From the IMG/VR virus record IMGVR_UViG_3300024996_000004: DNA of 64,000 bases; one strand, written 5' to 3'. The stretch's first letter is position 1; every line of letters begins with the position of its first letter. This DNA comes from a virus. Both the position numbers and the translations under genes were made by a program. The notes under the pieces are model-generated. The model had not been told where the DNA came from. It was given only the letters and a program-made list of their open reading frames with translations, and did no database searches. This document shows, piece after piece, positions 9,410 to 20,402 of this stretch.

Positions 9410-9882
9410 TCAGTATTATCCAGATCATTATCAAAAATGGTTTCTTGGACATAATCATTACTGGTCATGTTATCACTAAAGTCATCATGTCCATTTCTGT
9501 CCAAGAATGAGAATGATGCATTTTCACCATGTGAAATTAATATTTCATCTCTAATATCACGTTGCTTTCTTTCGGAATTATCAAACTGGAAGAAAGCATG
9601 CTTTATGGTTTGAGTAAAATATGCGAAAGGGTTGTTACTTTTCGTACAATCAAAACCTTTCCAAACTTTCACTATAGTTAATAGGGCAAAAGATTGCATG
9701 TCATCATTATAGGTATAATTAGCAAAACGTCCTTTCATAGCAAACCTATGAGTTAATAACATTAACATTTTCGTTAAATTATCAGTCATTTTATTCTGAG
9801 CATTACTAATTTCTAATTCTTTTAAAAGGTCTGCATTGTTAATATAATTTTTTTTCTTTTTGGGTTTAACTTCGGATGCCAT
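9388..9882 (-). CDS. gp55: Late-transcription sigma factor (T4 gp55-like)
   Basis: YINNADLLKEL, FANYTYNDDM and NPFAYFTQ motifs. Lies next to gp46/gp47 as in T4-like phages. Confidence 0.88.
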   Translation of the reverse strand: MASEVKPKKKKNYINNADLLKELEISNAQNKMTDNLTKMLMLLTHRFAMKGRFANYTYNDDMQSFALLTIVKVWKGFDCTKSNNPFAYFTQTIKHAFFQFDNSERKQRDIRDEILISHGENASFSFLDRNGHDDFSDNMTSNDYVQETIFDNDLDNTESAVESD

Positions 9883-9967
9883 ATGTTATTACCTTTATAT
9901 TTTATAACATAAAGAAATTTAACATAAATTAAATAATAATGTCAAGTTATTTTAAAATATTTGTCAA

Positions 9968-9975
9968 GATAAATA
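9968..9975 (+). promoter_or_regulatory. gp55-type late promoter (GATAAATA)
   Basis: 29 nt upstream of the tape-measure-like gene. Confidence 0.6.
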
Positions 9976-10004
9976 TCGTATATATTTCGGACACTTAGTT
10001 AATT

Positions 10005-12896
10005 ATGGCTATAACACAACAAGATGCACAAATGTTAGCTGATGCTATCGTTAAATCATTAAAAGGTAACAGTCAATATCAATCCAGTAATAGTGCTTTT
10101 GCTTCATATAAAAGTGATTCCAAACTTGATATTAAACAGTTAGAACAAATCGTAAAAAATAATGGTGATATAGCTAAACAATTTGGAACCATGTTAAGAA
10201 ATCTTACTCAACGTGGTACAGCATTGGAAGGGGTGTATAAAGAATTAGAAAAATTAACTAGAAATCAATCCGAAACTACACGTAAATCCGCTTTAGCATT
10301 TGCTGACCTATTAGAAGTTGTTCGCAAAGGTGCAAAAGGAGCGGGTGACGAATATGATAAAATGATAGCCACATTAAAGTTCGTCAATGCTACTACTACA
10401 CAAGTTGTAGCTAATATGAAAGATATGGGAAAAACTTTATCAAATTTTGATGCCTTAACAGCTAAATCAGCAAAAATGACAGCTGAAAAAACTGAACGAG
10501 AAGCTCAATATATAAAGAAAATAGCTGAAGCTCAAGATGAACTGGATAATGCTAGAAAAAATAAAAAATCTACAGTAACTGCAAAAACAAATCTAAAAAA
10601 AGCACAAGATGATTTTGATGATTTTTTGATATTTCATAGTAAGAATAATAAAATATTAGATGAAACTAATAAATCGTTGAATGAGGTATCAGCACAATTT
10701 GATAATATTATAGAAACTCTTGAGGATTATAATAAAATTACTGATGTATTGACTGATGAAGAAATGCAACAAGTCAAAAATATCAAAGCTTTAAATGCTG
10801 AACAACGTAAAATATTATTAGATAAAGTCAACACTAAAGTAGGAGAAAGTGCTAAAGGATTACATCTTAGTATGAATGGTGCTGCTTCTGGTATAACTAA
10901 AAGTGCTGATAAAATGGGTAATGCGTTTTCAAAAGCCGGTGAATATAGCTTAAAATTTGGTAAATTATTAGTTAACTTAATTCCGGGTCTAGTTTCAGAC
11001 ATGCAATCTAGATTAAGATTTAATGTAAACACCACAGGATATTTGTCAGGCATTGCGCATGGATTTTCAGAACAAGAACGTGCAGAGATTATAGGCACTA
11101 ATCGTATTGGGTTACGAGGTTTAGGCGCAGGTAATGCAGAACTAGGATTCTCTAATACAAGAGAATTACAGAATACGGCACACATATTTGGTGCTATAGG
11201 TGCCGAAGCAATCCAAAAAGCATTAGCATATCAACAAACTGGTATAGGCATGGGCATCAGTACAAGTAATGCGACTGGTACAATGACTCAAATGAAGTTC
11301 ATGCACAAATTCTCGGAACAAGTTGGCATGACTGATGATCAGCTAAAAGATTTTTATGATAGTTTAACTGCTATGGGCGAAATGTCTAATGAAGTCCAAT
11401 CATTACAGAATAAATCGGAAGAAGAACGTCAAAAAATTGTTAATAATGAAATAGCACAACGTACAAAGTTGAATACTGTTTTGGGTATGAGTATAGAACA
11501 ACAAAAACAGGCTGCACAAGCTATAGTGAATTCTAAATTTAGTACTATTGAAAGTAGTATTAAAGCTCAAGTAAGCATGCAAATGTATATACAACAATTT
11601 AATAAGGCTAATCCTAATAATAGAATTGATTCACGGACTGCGAAAATTTTACAAAATACTGCTAATGCTGCAGGAACAACTGATCTTGTACAAATGCAAG
11701 GAATTATTGGAAAAAATACTGGTTTATCGGAGAGTGAAAGACAAAGAATTGCAAAGACTTTGACAGATATTTACGTTTCTGACAATAATAGAATTAAATC
11801 AGCACAAGATGCATTTATAGCTAGTGGAAACACTACGGGAAGAGCCGCTTCAGCATACCAGAATCAGCAAGTAGTTACTCAACTTCAAAGTGCTTTGGGA
11901 AGTAATAGAGCACAAAATGCTATAGAAGCTACAATAGAAGCTACACGAGCAAAAGCCATAGGACCGAACGCCGTAGGAAAGGAATCATTCGATTCAATAT
12001 GGGGAGCGGCAGAAAAAGTTGGTAATGGTTTATCTAAATTGGATGAAGCTGTATTGCGTACTACTGAAGTATTTACAGGATTGAATAAATCATTTGGTGG
12101 TGGAGCTTCTGGATTATTGAGTGGAATTGTTTCTAACGCTTTTGGATACCTTGCAGGAAAAGGAATTATAAAAGTAGGTGGATCAATTCTAGGTAGAGTA
12201 GCTGGAGGGACTGCTGGAGCCGCTGCAGAAGGTGGAATGTTAGCTTCAGCAACTTCATTATTAAAATTAGCATTACCCGCAATAACGGTAACAGCTGCAG
12301 CTGTTGCTGGAACATTAGCAGGTAGATTTATTTACAGTAAAATGGAAAATAATATTACTGGACGAGTTGCAGGTTTTCAAGTTGCAAGCATAATGGCTGA
12401 ATTGGGAAATGAAAAAGCACAACAAGCAATAAAACAAGATATAATAAGCGGCCAAGTACAAAAAACGGGTGACACTAGACGAGCACAATTAAAAGCTGTA
12501 ATTGATGCACAGAAATTGGCTGGAACTACACGTTCTGATACTGATATTCAAAAAGCAATTGGATTAACTAAACAATACAAATCATTATATAATGTAAACA
12601 TATCCAGTGAATATGCACATTACTCGGACACGTTGAAAGCAGCTACTTATTCGCCAAATCAAGCTATTGCACAATCTGCGAAGGAACAACTGGCTGCTAT
12701 GAGTAGTAGTGAAACTCAACAACAACAGAATACTAATGCATTATTAAAAGCTACTCAAGAGACAGCTAATAATACGAAAGTTACTGCTGATAAAGCCAAA
12801 GATGATAAAAATAAAGATATGAATAATGCTGCGACAACGGACTCTGCCTATGTTGCCCACTTGAGACAACTTGCAGCATCTAATTATAGTTTCTAA
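10005..12896 (+). CDS. Tape-measure-like protein
   Basis: 963 aa, helical and rich in Ala/Gly/Gln/Lys, with a hydrophobic Gly/Ala segment near the C-terminus and a late promoter upstream. Confidence 0.6.
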   Translation: MAITQQDAQMLADAIVKSLKGNSQYQSSNSAFASYKSDSKLDIKQLEQIVKNNGDIAKQFGTMLRNLTQRGTALEGVYKELEKLTRNQSETTRKSALAFADLLEVVRKGAKGAGDEYDKMIATLKFVNATTTQVVANMKDMGKTLSNFDALTAKSAKMTAEKTEREAQYIKKIAEAQDELDNARKNKKSTVTAKTNLKKAQDDFDDFLIFHSKNNKILDETNKSLNEVSAQFDNIIETLEDYNKITDVLTDEEMQQVKNIKALNAEQRKILLDKVNTKVGESAKGLHLSMNGAASGITKSADKMGNAFSKAGEYSLKFGKLLVNLIPGLVSDMQSRLRFNVNTTGYLSGIAHGFSEQERAEIIGTNRIGLRGLGAGNAELGFSNTRELQNTAHIFGAIGAEAIQKALAYQQTGIGMGISTSNATGTMTQMKFMHKFSEQVGMTDDQLKDFYDSLTAMGEMSNEVQSLQNKSEEERQKIVNNEIAQRTKLNTVLGMSIEQQKQAAQAIVNSKFSTIESSIKAQVSMQMYIQQFNKANPNNRIDSRTAKILQNTANAAGTTDLVQMQGIIGKNTGLSESERQRIAKTLTDIYVSDNNRIKSAQDAFIASGNTTGRAASAYQNQQVVTQLQSALGSNRAQNAIEATIEATRAKAIGPNAVGKESFDSIWGAAEKVGNGLSKLDEAVLRTTEVFTGLNKSFGGGASGLLSGIVSNAFGYLAGKGIIKVGGSILGRVAGGTAGAAAEGGMLASATSLLKLALPAITVTAAAVAGTLAGRFIYSKMENNITGRVAGFQVASIMAELGNEKAQQAIKQDIISGQVQKTGDTRRAQLKAVIDAQKLAGTTRSDTDIQKAIGLTKQYKSLYNVNISSEYAHYSDTLKAATYSPNQAIAQSAKEQLAAMSSSETQQQQNTNALLKATQETANNTKVTADKAKDDKNKDMNNAATTDSAYVAHLRQLAASNYSF

Positions 12897-12913
12897 CAAT
12901 ACCTCTAAAATTG

Positions 12914-12921
12914 GATAAATA
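12914..12921 (+). promoter_or_regulatory. gp55-type late promoter (GATAAATA)
   Basis: 24 nt upstream of the portal ATG. Confidence 0.6.
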
Positions 12922-12945
12922 CCATGATGAATAAGAGAACGTAGT

Positions 12946-14682
12946 ATGGAAATACCTGATGCGAATCATGGCAAATTAGTAAAATTCTATAAAATAATTA
13001 CGCCTGAATCTGCACGTACAAGTGTGGAAAGTAGTCAAGATATTCTTGGTGATCATGGCTTGTATGGTAATTATAGTTGGGTCCATAAACTATTACAAGG
13101 TAGCACTGTAAGGTTACAACGTTATCGCGAATTCGATATGATGGATGAAGATACTGATGTTAATAGAGCATTAGATATCATTACTGAAGAAATTGTAGGT
13201 AATAATCCAAAAGCTGAATTACCCATGTCTATAAAGATTACTGCAGGAGAAGAACAACAAATCTCTAGCAGAGTCCTTGTAACTTTAAATGCAGCATTAA
13301 AAACATGGTGCAACATACATCGATGGAATCGAAGATTATTTCATACAGTTCGTAATACCATTAAATATGGAGATTCATTCTTTTTCAGAAATAAAAGCGT
13401 AAATCTTCCATTTATTTTTTGTCATCCAAAGAATGTTGTGGGGGCCATTGTATTAAAAGATGATGTGACAGATGTAAAAGGTTGGCAGATTAGATCAGAT
13501 TATAAAAAAGCTACACAAAATGTCAATTATACATTAACTTCAACTGCCGAATCATATAACATTGAAAACTATTCAACAGCTGAAATTGTTCGATTTGGTT
13601 TGCATGATGATATGAGTGATGAAGCTCCTTTCTCACGATCAGTGCTTACTGCTGCATATAAAGTTTTTAAACAAAAACAAATGTTGGAAGACTCAATTTT
13701 AATCTACAGAATCTCTCGTGCTCCCGAAAAGCGAGTATTTAAGATAGAATTAGGAAATACGCCACCACATTTACGTGCTCAAATTCTAGAAAATGCTAAA
13801 AATGAAATAAAACAAAGAAAAATCCCATCGTTCAGTGGTGGTGGTAATGGTGAACAAATGGATTCAATTTACTCACCGATTTCACAAAATGAAGATTTTT
13901 TCTTTTCTATGAAAAATGGTGCCGGTTCCACGGTTGAAACCCTTCCCGGTGGAACATTAGGCAATGGTGAAGATGCTAACTTACAATACTTTTACCATAA
14001 AATGTGGAGAGCATTACGTATTCCACAATCTTATATGGATAATAGTACCGAAGGTGGTTCAATATTTAATGATGGAAAAGTTGGCATCGCTTATCAACAA
14101 GAAATAAAATTTACATTATATATTGAATCTTTACAAGTTCATTTCGAAGATGTATTAGATAGAGAGTTTAAAAAATTCTTATTAGATCAAAATATAAATT
14201 TCGATCCCACAATATTCAGAGTAGTTTTGCCAGAACCATCGAATTATAAACAATCTCGTGAAAATGAAATAGACCAAGCTTTGGTAAGTCTTGCTACTAA
14301 TGCTATGGGTATTGATTGGCTTTCTCGTCGTTTCATTGGAACGAAATATTTACAACTAACTAAGAATGAAATGATATTGAATGACCGTATGAAAAGAGAA
14401 GAATTGGGTCTTGATCCAAACGGTGGCATCAGAGATATGGCTAAAGTATATTCTCCCGAAAATGCTGATTCTGGAGGATTTGACGGTGGATTAACTTCAG
14501 GTGGTGGTAATCTTGGAACTGATGTCGGTCCTATTGGATTAGGTAATGAACCTGATGAAGAATTAGGTGGAGAAGAATTTAATGCTGAAGAAGAATTAAA
14601 TAAACCCGTAGGTAATGAAAATAAATCTACAACTCCTGAAGCTAAACCAAATGAAACGTCAAAAACACCTGAAAATGTATAA
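12946..14682 (+). CDS. gp20: Portal protein (T4 gp20-like)
   Basis: YREFDMMD, MLEDSILIYRISRAPEKRVFKIELGN, EDFFF, GSTVETLPGG and YFYHKMWRALRIP motifs. Confidence 0.95.
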   Translation: MEIPDANHGKLVKFYKIITPESARTSVESSQDILGDHGLYGNYSWVHKLLQGSTVRLQRYREFDMMDEDTDVNRALDIITEEIVGNNPKAELPMSIKITAGEEQQISSRVLVTLNAALKTWCNIHRWNRRLFHTVRNTIKYGDSFFFRNKSVNLPFIFCHPKNVVGAIVLKDDVTDVKGWQIRSDYKKATQNVNYTLTSTAESYNIENYSTAEIVRFGLHDDMSDEAPFSRSVLTAAYKVFKQKQMLEDSILIYRISRAPEKRVFKIELGNTPPHLRAQILENAKNEIKQRKIPSFSGGGNGEQMDSIYSPISQNEDFFFSMKNGAGSTVETLPGGTLGNGEDANLQYFYHKMWRALRIPQSYMDNSTEGGSIFNDGKVGIAYQQEIKFTLYIESLQVHFEDVLDREFKKFLLDQNINFDPTIFRVVLPEPSNYKQSRENEIDQALVSLATNAMGIDWLSRRFIGTKYLQLTKNEMILNDRMKREELGLDPNGGIRDMAKVYSPENADSGGFDGGLTSGGGNLGTDVGPIGLGNEPDEELGGEEFNAEEELNKPVGNENKSTTPEAKPNETSKTPENV

Positions 14683-14722
14683 TAAATTTAAATACAAATA
14701 AATACTAACAATAGGAATTGAG

Positions 14723-15286
14723 ATGAACGCAAAAGAATATTTAAAACAGTTTGTACAAGCTATAGTCAACGGTAATAACGATGAAGCTAAGGTTGCACAC
14801 AAACAATATACAGAATTGAAATCTAAAGAAATTTTCAAGAATAATGTCACTGAAGCTAAATTGACTCCGGGGTATTCCGATTATGCTATTGATAGAAGCG
14901 ATGATGGTGATCAAATAACCAACAGGCAGCGTGGAATAAATTATGAAACAGATGATTCTCCAATGAAATTCGAAGTTTCATTTTTTCACCCTGATAGAGA
15001 TAATGAAGGACGCGATACAACATATCCAGCCACAGAAATAGATAAAAAATACACTAAACAATTTGCGACCATGCGCCAAGCTGAAAAATATCTCAATTCT
15101 CCTTATGTATTAGATATGATTAAAAATTATAGAAAAGCAAACCAAAGTATTCGTCCTAGTGAAAATGATATAGGATCGGTTAACTACAATCCTGAAACTA
15201 ATTTGGTAGGATATATAAATCAAATTAATTTAACGAAAGCTGGGCAAGCTGATTTTGATGAAGTTCAATCGGAAAGATTCTATTGA
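14723..15286 (+). CDS. Hypothetical head-associated protein
   Basis: 187 aa, between portal and protease, after AATAAATA (14697-14704). Contains VTEA, a possible protease site. Confidence 0.55.
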   Translation: MNAKEYLKQFVQAIVNGNNDEAKVAHKQYTELKSKEIFKNNVTEAKLTPGYSDYAIDRSDDGDQITNRQRGINYETDDSPMKFEVSFFHPDRDNEGRDTTYPATEIDKKYTKQFATMRQAEKYLNSPYVLDMIKNYRKANQSIRPSENDIGSVNYNPETNLVGYINQINLTKAGQADFDEVQSERFY

Positions 15287-15570
15287 AAATCCTTGACGTT
15301 TTACCATCATTAGATGAAAAATTTGATCCTTCTAACAGAGATTATATCAAAACCACTGTTCCTGTAAAAAATGTTATAGGTGCTAAGTTACCAAATGCGT
15401 TTGATAGCACATATCATAAACCAGTAGTTTATAGAAACGGCGATTCAGTAGATGACGAAATCGGTTTAACCTTTGATAGTCACGATTATGACAAGGATGT
15501 GAACATATCCAAGGATGGTATCCATTCCAAGAAAAGTAGAAAGAAGAAGTTAGACAATGAAGATGAATAA
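15283..15570 (+). CDS. Hypothetical protein
   Basis: 95 aa with a TTG start overlapping the previous stop. N-terminus MKILDVLPSLDE. Confidence 0.5.
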   Translation: MKILDVLPSLDEKFDPSNRDYIKTTVPVKNVIGAKLPNAFDSTYHKPVVYRNGDSVDDEIGLTFDSHDYDKDVNISKDGIHSKKSRKKKLDNEDE

Positions 15571-15754
15571 ATGTTTTAAAGATTACATAAATTCTATTAA
15601 GGGTTCTCCATATTTTTATTTGGAATCTAATACAGATGATTTCAAAGAAGCTGAAAAGGAAGCTGGAATAGATAAAACGCAAGATGAAAAAGATGAACAA
15701 AATAGCAAGTCTTTATTACAATATTTGCTAAATATTTCAGCTACCCACCAATAA
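15557..15754 (+). CDS. Hypothetical protein
   Basis: 65 aa acidic ORF within the head gene run. Confidence 0.45.
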   Translation: MKMNKCFKDYINSIKGSPYFYLESNTDDFKEAEKEAGIDKTQDEKDEQNSKSLLQYLLNISATHQ

Positions 15755-15768
15755 TGAGGAAATTATAA

Positions 15769-16497
15769 ATGAGTATGAAAAAGTTTTTAGAAGAATTCTT
15801 TGACGCGGTTGTTCAAAAGAATGATGAAGCTGCAGCTGCAGCGTTTGATGCATACGCTCCTGCAAAAGTTGTTGCTATGATTAAAAGCGTTAAAGAAGCC
15901 GAATCACCTATTAAATTAAAAGGTGATGATGTCTATGTTAACGGAAAAAAGGTTGGATGCCTTAAACATGATGTTGATAAAGATGAAAATCTAGAGTTCA
16001 TCCCAGATCAAGGTAAGAAAGCTAAATTCGCCAAACTTCCCGATTTGTATGCTCATTTGAGCAAAGAATATAAGTTAACCGAAGCCAAAGAAGAAAAACA
16101 ACTTTGGGGACTTTATTGTGGCAAAAGAGGTTCTGGTAAACTTGGATTAGAATTTTCAGGTACTAAGAAAGAATGTGAAGAAGAAAAACATTCTTATAAA
16201 GAAGATGATGCAAATAAAGATTACGTTTATAAAATCGTAAGAATTAATGATAATTCTCCACAGACTATTAAAGAATCTGTGAAGGACTTTGAATCAGAAG
16301 TTCAGAGTCTTGCACCACGCTTAAAACTTAAGAAATTGGATGCATTCACTGATGATGAAGGTGAAGGTCTTGATGCTGATGGGGACCATGATGGTCCAGA
16401 AGATGCTAAAGAATGTGATGAAATTCGTCAGAAGCCTTTGAAGGATTTAATCAAAAAGGTTAAAGATGGTGGTCGTGAAACTAAGGTGAAAGGTTAA
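15769..16497 (+). CDS. Prohead core-like protein (gp67/gp68 position)
   Basis: 242 aa, highly charged, immediately upstream of the protease, with GAGG RBS. Has several xxE-A/S sites (VKEA, LTEA, IKES). Confidence 0.55.
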   Translation: MSMKKFLEEFFDAVVQKNDEAAAAAFDAYAPAKVVAMIKSVKEAESPIKLKGDDVYVNGKKVGCLKHDVDKDENLEFIPDQGKKAKFAKLPDLYAHLSKEYKLTEAKEEKQLWGLYCGKRGSGKLGLEFSGTKKECEEEKHSYKEDDANKDYVYKIVRINDNSPQTIKESVKDFESEVQSLAPRLKLKKLDAFTDDEGEGLDADGDHDGPEDAKECDEIRQKPLKDLIKKVKDGGRETKVKG

Positions 16498-16502
16498 TAG
16501 TA

Positions 16503-17126
16503 ATGGAACTTCTAATTGAAACATATACTGCAGATGAAGCCAATGTTATTACAGAATCGGTTAATGATGGTAAGGAAATTTATTTAAGTGGTAGATTTTT
16601 ATCCGGTAATTTAAAAAATCGTAATGGTAGAATTTATCCAGTAAATGAAATTATGCAAGCTGTTACATCATTGAACGAAGGTATTAACCAACATGGTTCT
16701 ATTGCTGGTGAATTAGATCACCCTGCTGATAGGTTAACTACTGAACTTAAATATGCTTCACATGTTATTACAGAAATCCATATGGACGGTGATAATGCAG
16801 TGGGAAAAATGAAAATTATGAACACTCCTAATGGACTTGTAGTGAAGGAACTGATTAGAAATGGTTTTAGACCTGACGTATCAAGCCGCGGGGCAGGAAA
16901 TGTAAATCAAGATGGTATTGTTGAAGGATTTATTATTCAAACAATTGACATTGTAAATCAAGCATCTGGCATTGGATGTAGTCCGATATCAGTTTATGAA
17001 GCAATTCAAGATAATAAATTTGGTCGCAGATCAATATCGTTAGCCGAAGCATTACTTGAAGATAAAGATGCTCAGAAATACTTCATTGTTGAGGTTAAAA
17101 AATTTATGAATTCTTTAAAATTTTAA
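16503..17126 (+). CDS. gp21: Prohead core protease (T4 gp21-like)
   Basis: KNRNGRIYP, GELDHP, VSSRGAG and IDIV..AS motifs. Confidence 0.93.
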   Translation: MELLIETYTADEANVITESVNDGKEIYLSGRFLSGNLKNRNGRIYPVNEIMQAVTSLNEGINQHGSIAGELDHPADRLTTELKYASHVITEIHMDGDNAVGKMKIMNTPNGLVVKELIRNGFRPDVSSRGAGNVNQDGIVEGFIIQTIDIVNQASGIGCSPISVYEAIQDNKFGRRSISLAEALLEDKDAQKYFIVEVKKFMNSLKF

Positions 17127-17152
17127 AATGATATTTTAAAAAATTGATCTAT

Positions 17153-17190
17153 AATAAAAAATGCTCTATAATTATAGAGCATTTTTTATT
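17153..17190. terminator. Intrinsic terminator (18-bp perfect inverted repeat)
   Basis: AATAAAAAATGCTCTATA-AT-TATAGAGCATTTTTTATT after gp21. Confidence 0.75.
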
Positions 17191-17201
17191 GGATAATTTA
17201 T

Positions 17202-18905
17202 ATGCTTTTAAATGAATTAAAAGAACTATTGATGAAACCAAGGTGGCAAACATCATTTGCTAAATCTTCTAGACCGATAGTGACAGAAGCTAAAATGTTG
17301 ATGGTAGAATTGACCAATTTTTTACCTCAAAACGCATCGTATTCTCAACGTGCTTGGCATATACTTAATGATACCGACGAAATACCAAATTGCATTGAAT
17401 GTGGTAAAGTTACACATTGGGGAAGTTGGAACTCTAGGACAACTTATTCTACATTTTGCTCTGATATATGTGCTAAAAATTCACCATTAACCAAAGAGAA
17501 GCGGCGTCAAACTGTATTAAAAAAATATGGTACAGAATATGTAACGCAATCTAAAGTTTTTAAAGAAAAATCCGAAGCTACTAATTTAAAGCGATATGGT
17601 ACAAAAAGTTCATTATCAAACGAAGATGTTCGCAATAAAATAAAAATTTCTAATTTAGAGAAATATGGTTCAGAAAATCCTTTCGGTTCAGATGAAATTA
17701 AGAACAAGATAAAAAATACCATGATCGAAAAATATGGAGTAGACAATGCACGCCATATTTCAGGAATGTCTGATAAGATTAAAAAATTGAACATTAAAAA
17801 ATATGGAGTAACACATCCATCTAAACTGGAATCAGTTAAAAATAAAAATAAAGAGACAAATTTAGCTAAGTATGGCAAAAATCATATGCAGCAACATATA
17901 TCAGATGATGCATTAACATTATTAAATGATGCATCGTGGTTAACCGATCAACATCATAACCAAAAAAAAACTATTACTGAAATAGCAGAATTTTTAGGAA
18001 TATATGATACTACCTTAAACAGTTATTTTAAAAAATATAATATCGAAACTAAACATTTTTTCACATCGGCACCCGAAAAACATATATGTGAATTTCTAAG
18101 TACATTTAACATAAAATATATACAAAATTGCAGAAATGTAATATTTCCATATGAACTTGACATTTATTTACCGTCTCACAATTTAGCTATTGAATATTGT
18201 GGATTATATTGGCATTCAGAGATTCGAATACCTAAAAATTACCATAAAAATAAATATATGTTATGTAAAGAAAAAGGAATAAGACTTATTCAGATTTTTG
18301 AACACGAATGGCTTCAGAATAAAGAAATTGTGAAATCGAAAATATTGAATGTATTAAAAATATCAAATGTGCAAAAAATTTTTGCACGCAAAACTATCAT
18401 AAAAACTGTTGAATCACAAATTAAAACAAATTTCTTTAATCAATATCATATCCAAGGAAATGGATCGAGTTCTATCAATTACGGATTAACATATGGAAAT
18501 GAATTAGTAGCTGTTATAGGATTTATTAAAAATCATGACGGTTCATTTACATTGAACAGATATGCAACATCGTGTCGTGTTGTTGGCGGGTTTAGCAAAC
18601 TTTTGACACATTTTGAAAAACAATATAATACGCCTAAAATCATAACTTTTGCTGACTTACGATGGAGTGAAGGTAGTTTATATTACAATAACGGATTTAT
18701 ATTAGATAAAGAATTAAATCCTGATTATTGTTGGACGACTGGTAAAAAAATATTTCACAAATTTAATTTTAGACATGCAGGTATGAAAAATAAATTAAAA
18801 AATTATAATCCATCTTTATCGGAAACTGAAAACATGCATAATCATCATTATTATAGATTATATGATTGTGGTAAACTGCGATTTGTAAAAAACAAAACAT
18901 CTTAA
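17202..18905 (+). mobile_element. Free-standing homing-endonuclease-like gene (Hef-like) with KYG repeats
   Basis: Zinc ribbon (CIECG...FCSDIC), six or more (K/E)KYG repeats, a PD-(D/E)xK-like ELDIY...LAIEYCGLYWH segment, and a C-terminal LNRYAT..GGFSKLL..FADLRWS domain. Confidence 0.7.
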
Positions 18906-18945
18906 ATTTGTCTTGAATATTTGAATGATTTGATAAAACCCAAGA

Positions 18946-18979
18946 AATAAAAAAGTCTACATATGCAGACTTTTTTATT
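18946..18979. terminator. Bidirectional intrinsic terminator
   Basis: AATAAAAAAGTCT...AGACTTTTTTATT between convergent genes. Confidence 0.75.
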
Positions 18980-18999
18980 TCAAATTGACGAATTATTTT

Positions 19000-19347
19000 T
19001 TAATCTAACTCAACATCGAAATCTGGTTCATTAATATCATCATCTGACATACTTGAACGTGATAGTTCTTGACGCTTAGATTGATCTAATTGTCTACGTT
19101 CTGTACTACCATACTTGACAGCTAATCGCAGAGCTTCCTCACCTGTTTCTGTAGCTTCTAGACTCATACCATTCACTAATCCAAGGTCTACAAGTCTATC
19201 AACAGCATCTTGTGATGCTTGTGATGCAATGTCATAGTCAAAACGATGATCAACTATTTTTTTCAATAATCCAATTTGCAAAGGTGATAACTGTCTATAA
19301 GCTATCATTGGACTAACTTCTTCTTTCAATATATCTAAAATTTTCAT
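19000..19347 (-). CDS. Hypothetical late protein with winged-helix-like segment
   Basis: 115 aa, MKILDILKEE N-terminus, GATAAATA on the minus strand at 19373-19380, and LVDLGLV...TETGEEAL. Confidence 0.6.
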   Translation of the reverse strand: MKILDILKEEVSPMIAYRQLSPLQIGLLKKIVDHRFDYDIASQASQDAVDRLVDLGLVNGMSLEATETGEEALRLAVKYGSTERRQLDQSKRQELSRSSMSDDDINEPDFDVELD

Positions 19348-19426
19348 TTATGAATTCCGTTATTGTAACTATTATTTATCACTTGCAATTTAAAATCAAG
19401 CCAAATAATCGATAAAAGTTTTAGAC

Positions 19427-19454
19427 TTGACTTCATCTTTAATGATGATACCAT
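19427..19454 (+). promoter_or_regulatory. sigma70-type promoter (TTGACT...TG-A-TACCAT)
   Basis: Upstream of the 19462-22055 operon. Confidence 0.45.
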
Positions 19455-19461
19455 TAATAGT

Positions 19462-19833
19462 ATGGAAAATTTGATAATTACTCTGAATAAACCTAATAGA
19501 TGTTGTGGAAGTACAACAGTTATACAAGAACTGTTGTTAAAAAGATTTAATCCAGAAATGACATATATTATAATTTCAAAAAATCAACGGCATTCTAAAA
19601 CATTTATAGAAGAAATATCATATAAATGTACTATACGAGGGAAAAATATTAATCACAATCTATGGAAACCGTATTCATATAATAACATCACAATGGATCG
19701 GTTACGCGGTTATAGAAATTTAGTAATAATATTAGTGGATTATTCAAACATGTGCAAATTTGATTTACATGAATTAACTTGCATTGTAAAGAATTCTGTA
19801 ATAATTATAGAAAATGATTCCACATTAATTTAA
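19462..19833 (+). CDS. Hypothetical protein (degenerate P-loop-like fold)
   Basis: 123 aa; NRCCGSTT resembles a decayed Walker A motif. Confidence 0.45.
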   Translation: MENLIITLNKPNRCCGSTTVIQELLLKRFNPEMTYIIISKNQRHSKTFIEEISYKCTIRGKNINHNLWKPYSYNNITMDRLRGYRNLVIILVDYSNMCKFDLHELTCIVKNSVIIIENDSTLI

Positions 19834-19847
19834 CATAAGGAAAAATT

Positions 19848-20402
19848 ATGACTTGTATTATAGCACATGTAAAAAATGGTGTAGGTTACATGGCAGGAGA
19901 CTACTTAGCCAGTAATTCTCATATGAAAGTAGATAGAAAGGATGATAAAGTTTTTGAAAAACATGACATGTTATTTGGATTTACTTCATCGTATAGAATG
20001 GGACAAATATTGAAATATTGTTTCGAACCGCCCAAGAATGAACCAAAGTTAACTGACCATGGCTATATGGTTAAATTATTCATCCCAGAACTGATTAAGG
20101 TGTATAATGATAATTCTTATGGAATGAAAACAACGAAGGGTGATGCAGTTGGTGGAACGTTTTTAGTGATCAGAAATGGAAAAATATTCTGTATTGAAGG
20201 AGATTTTCAAGTTGGTGAATATAAAGACAATATATGGACTTGTGGTTCAGGATATGAAGTAGCTTATGGAGCTATGAAAGCTTTTGAATACTCAGATTTT
20301 TCTCCTGAAGAAAAATTGAGAAAATCAATTACAATAACTTCGGAAATTATTGGCTCTGTAGGGAAGAGATGTAAAATTATAAAAAAGGATTTTCAAAAAT
20401 GA
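19848..20402 (+). CDS. Ntn-hydrolase, HslV/proteasome-beta-like peptidase
   Basis: N-terminal (M)TCIIA gives a catalytic Thr1; GDYLAS, KV, and CGSGYEVAYGAM follow. Confidence 0.75.
   Translation: MTCIIAHVKNGVGYMAGDYLASNSHMKVDRKDDKVFEKHDMLFGFTSSYRMGQILKYCFEPPKNEPKLTDHGYMVKLFIPELIKVYNDNSYGMKTTKGDAVGGTFLVIRNGKIFCIEGDFQVGEYKDNIWTCGSGYEVAYGAMKAFEYSDFSPEEKLRKSITITSEIIGSVGKRCKIIKKDFQK

Noticed and set aside
19462-19833. Terminase or helicase fragment from the NRCCGSTT motif
   Set aside because: It lacks the GK[ST] lysine and is only 123 aa; there is not enough support for a functional P-loop NTPase.
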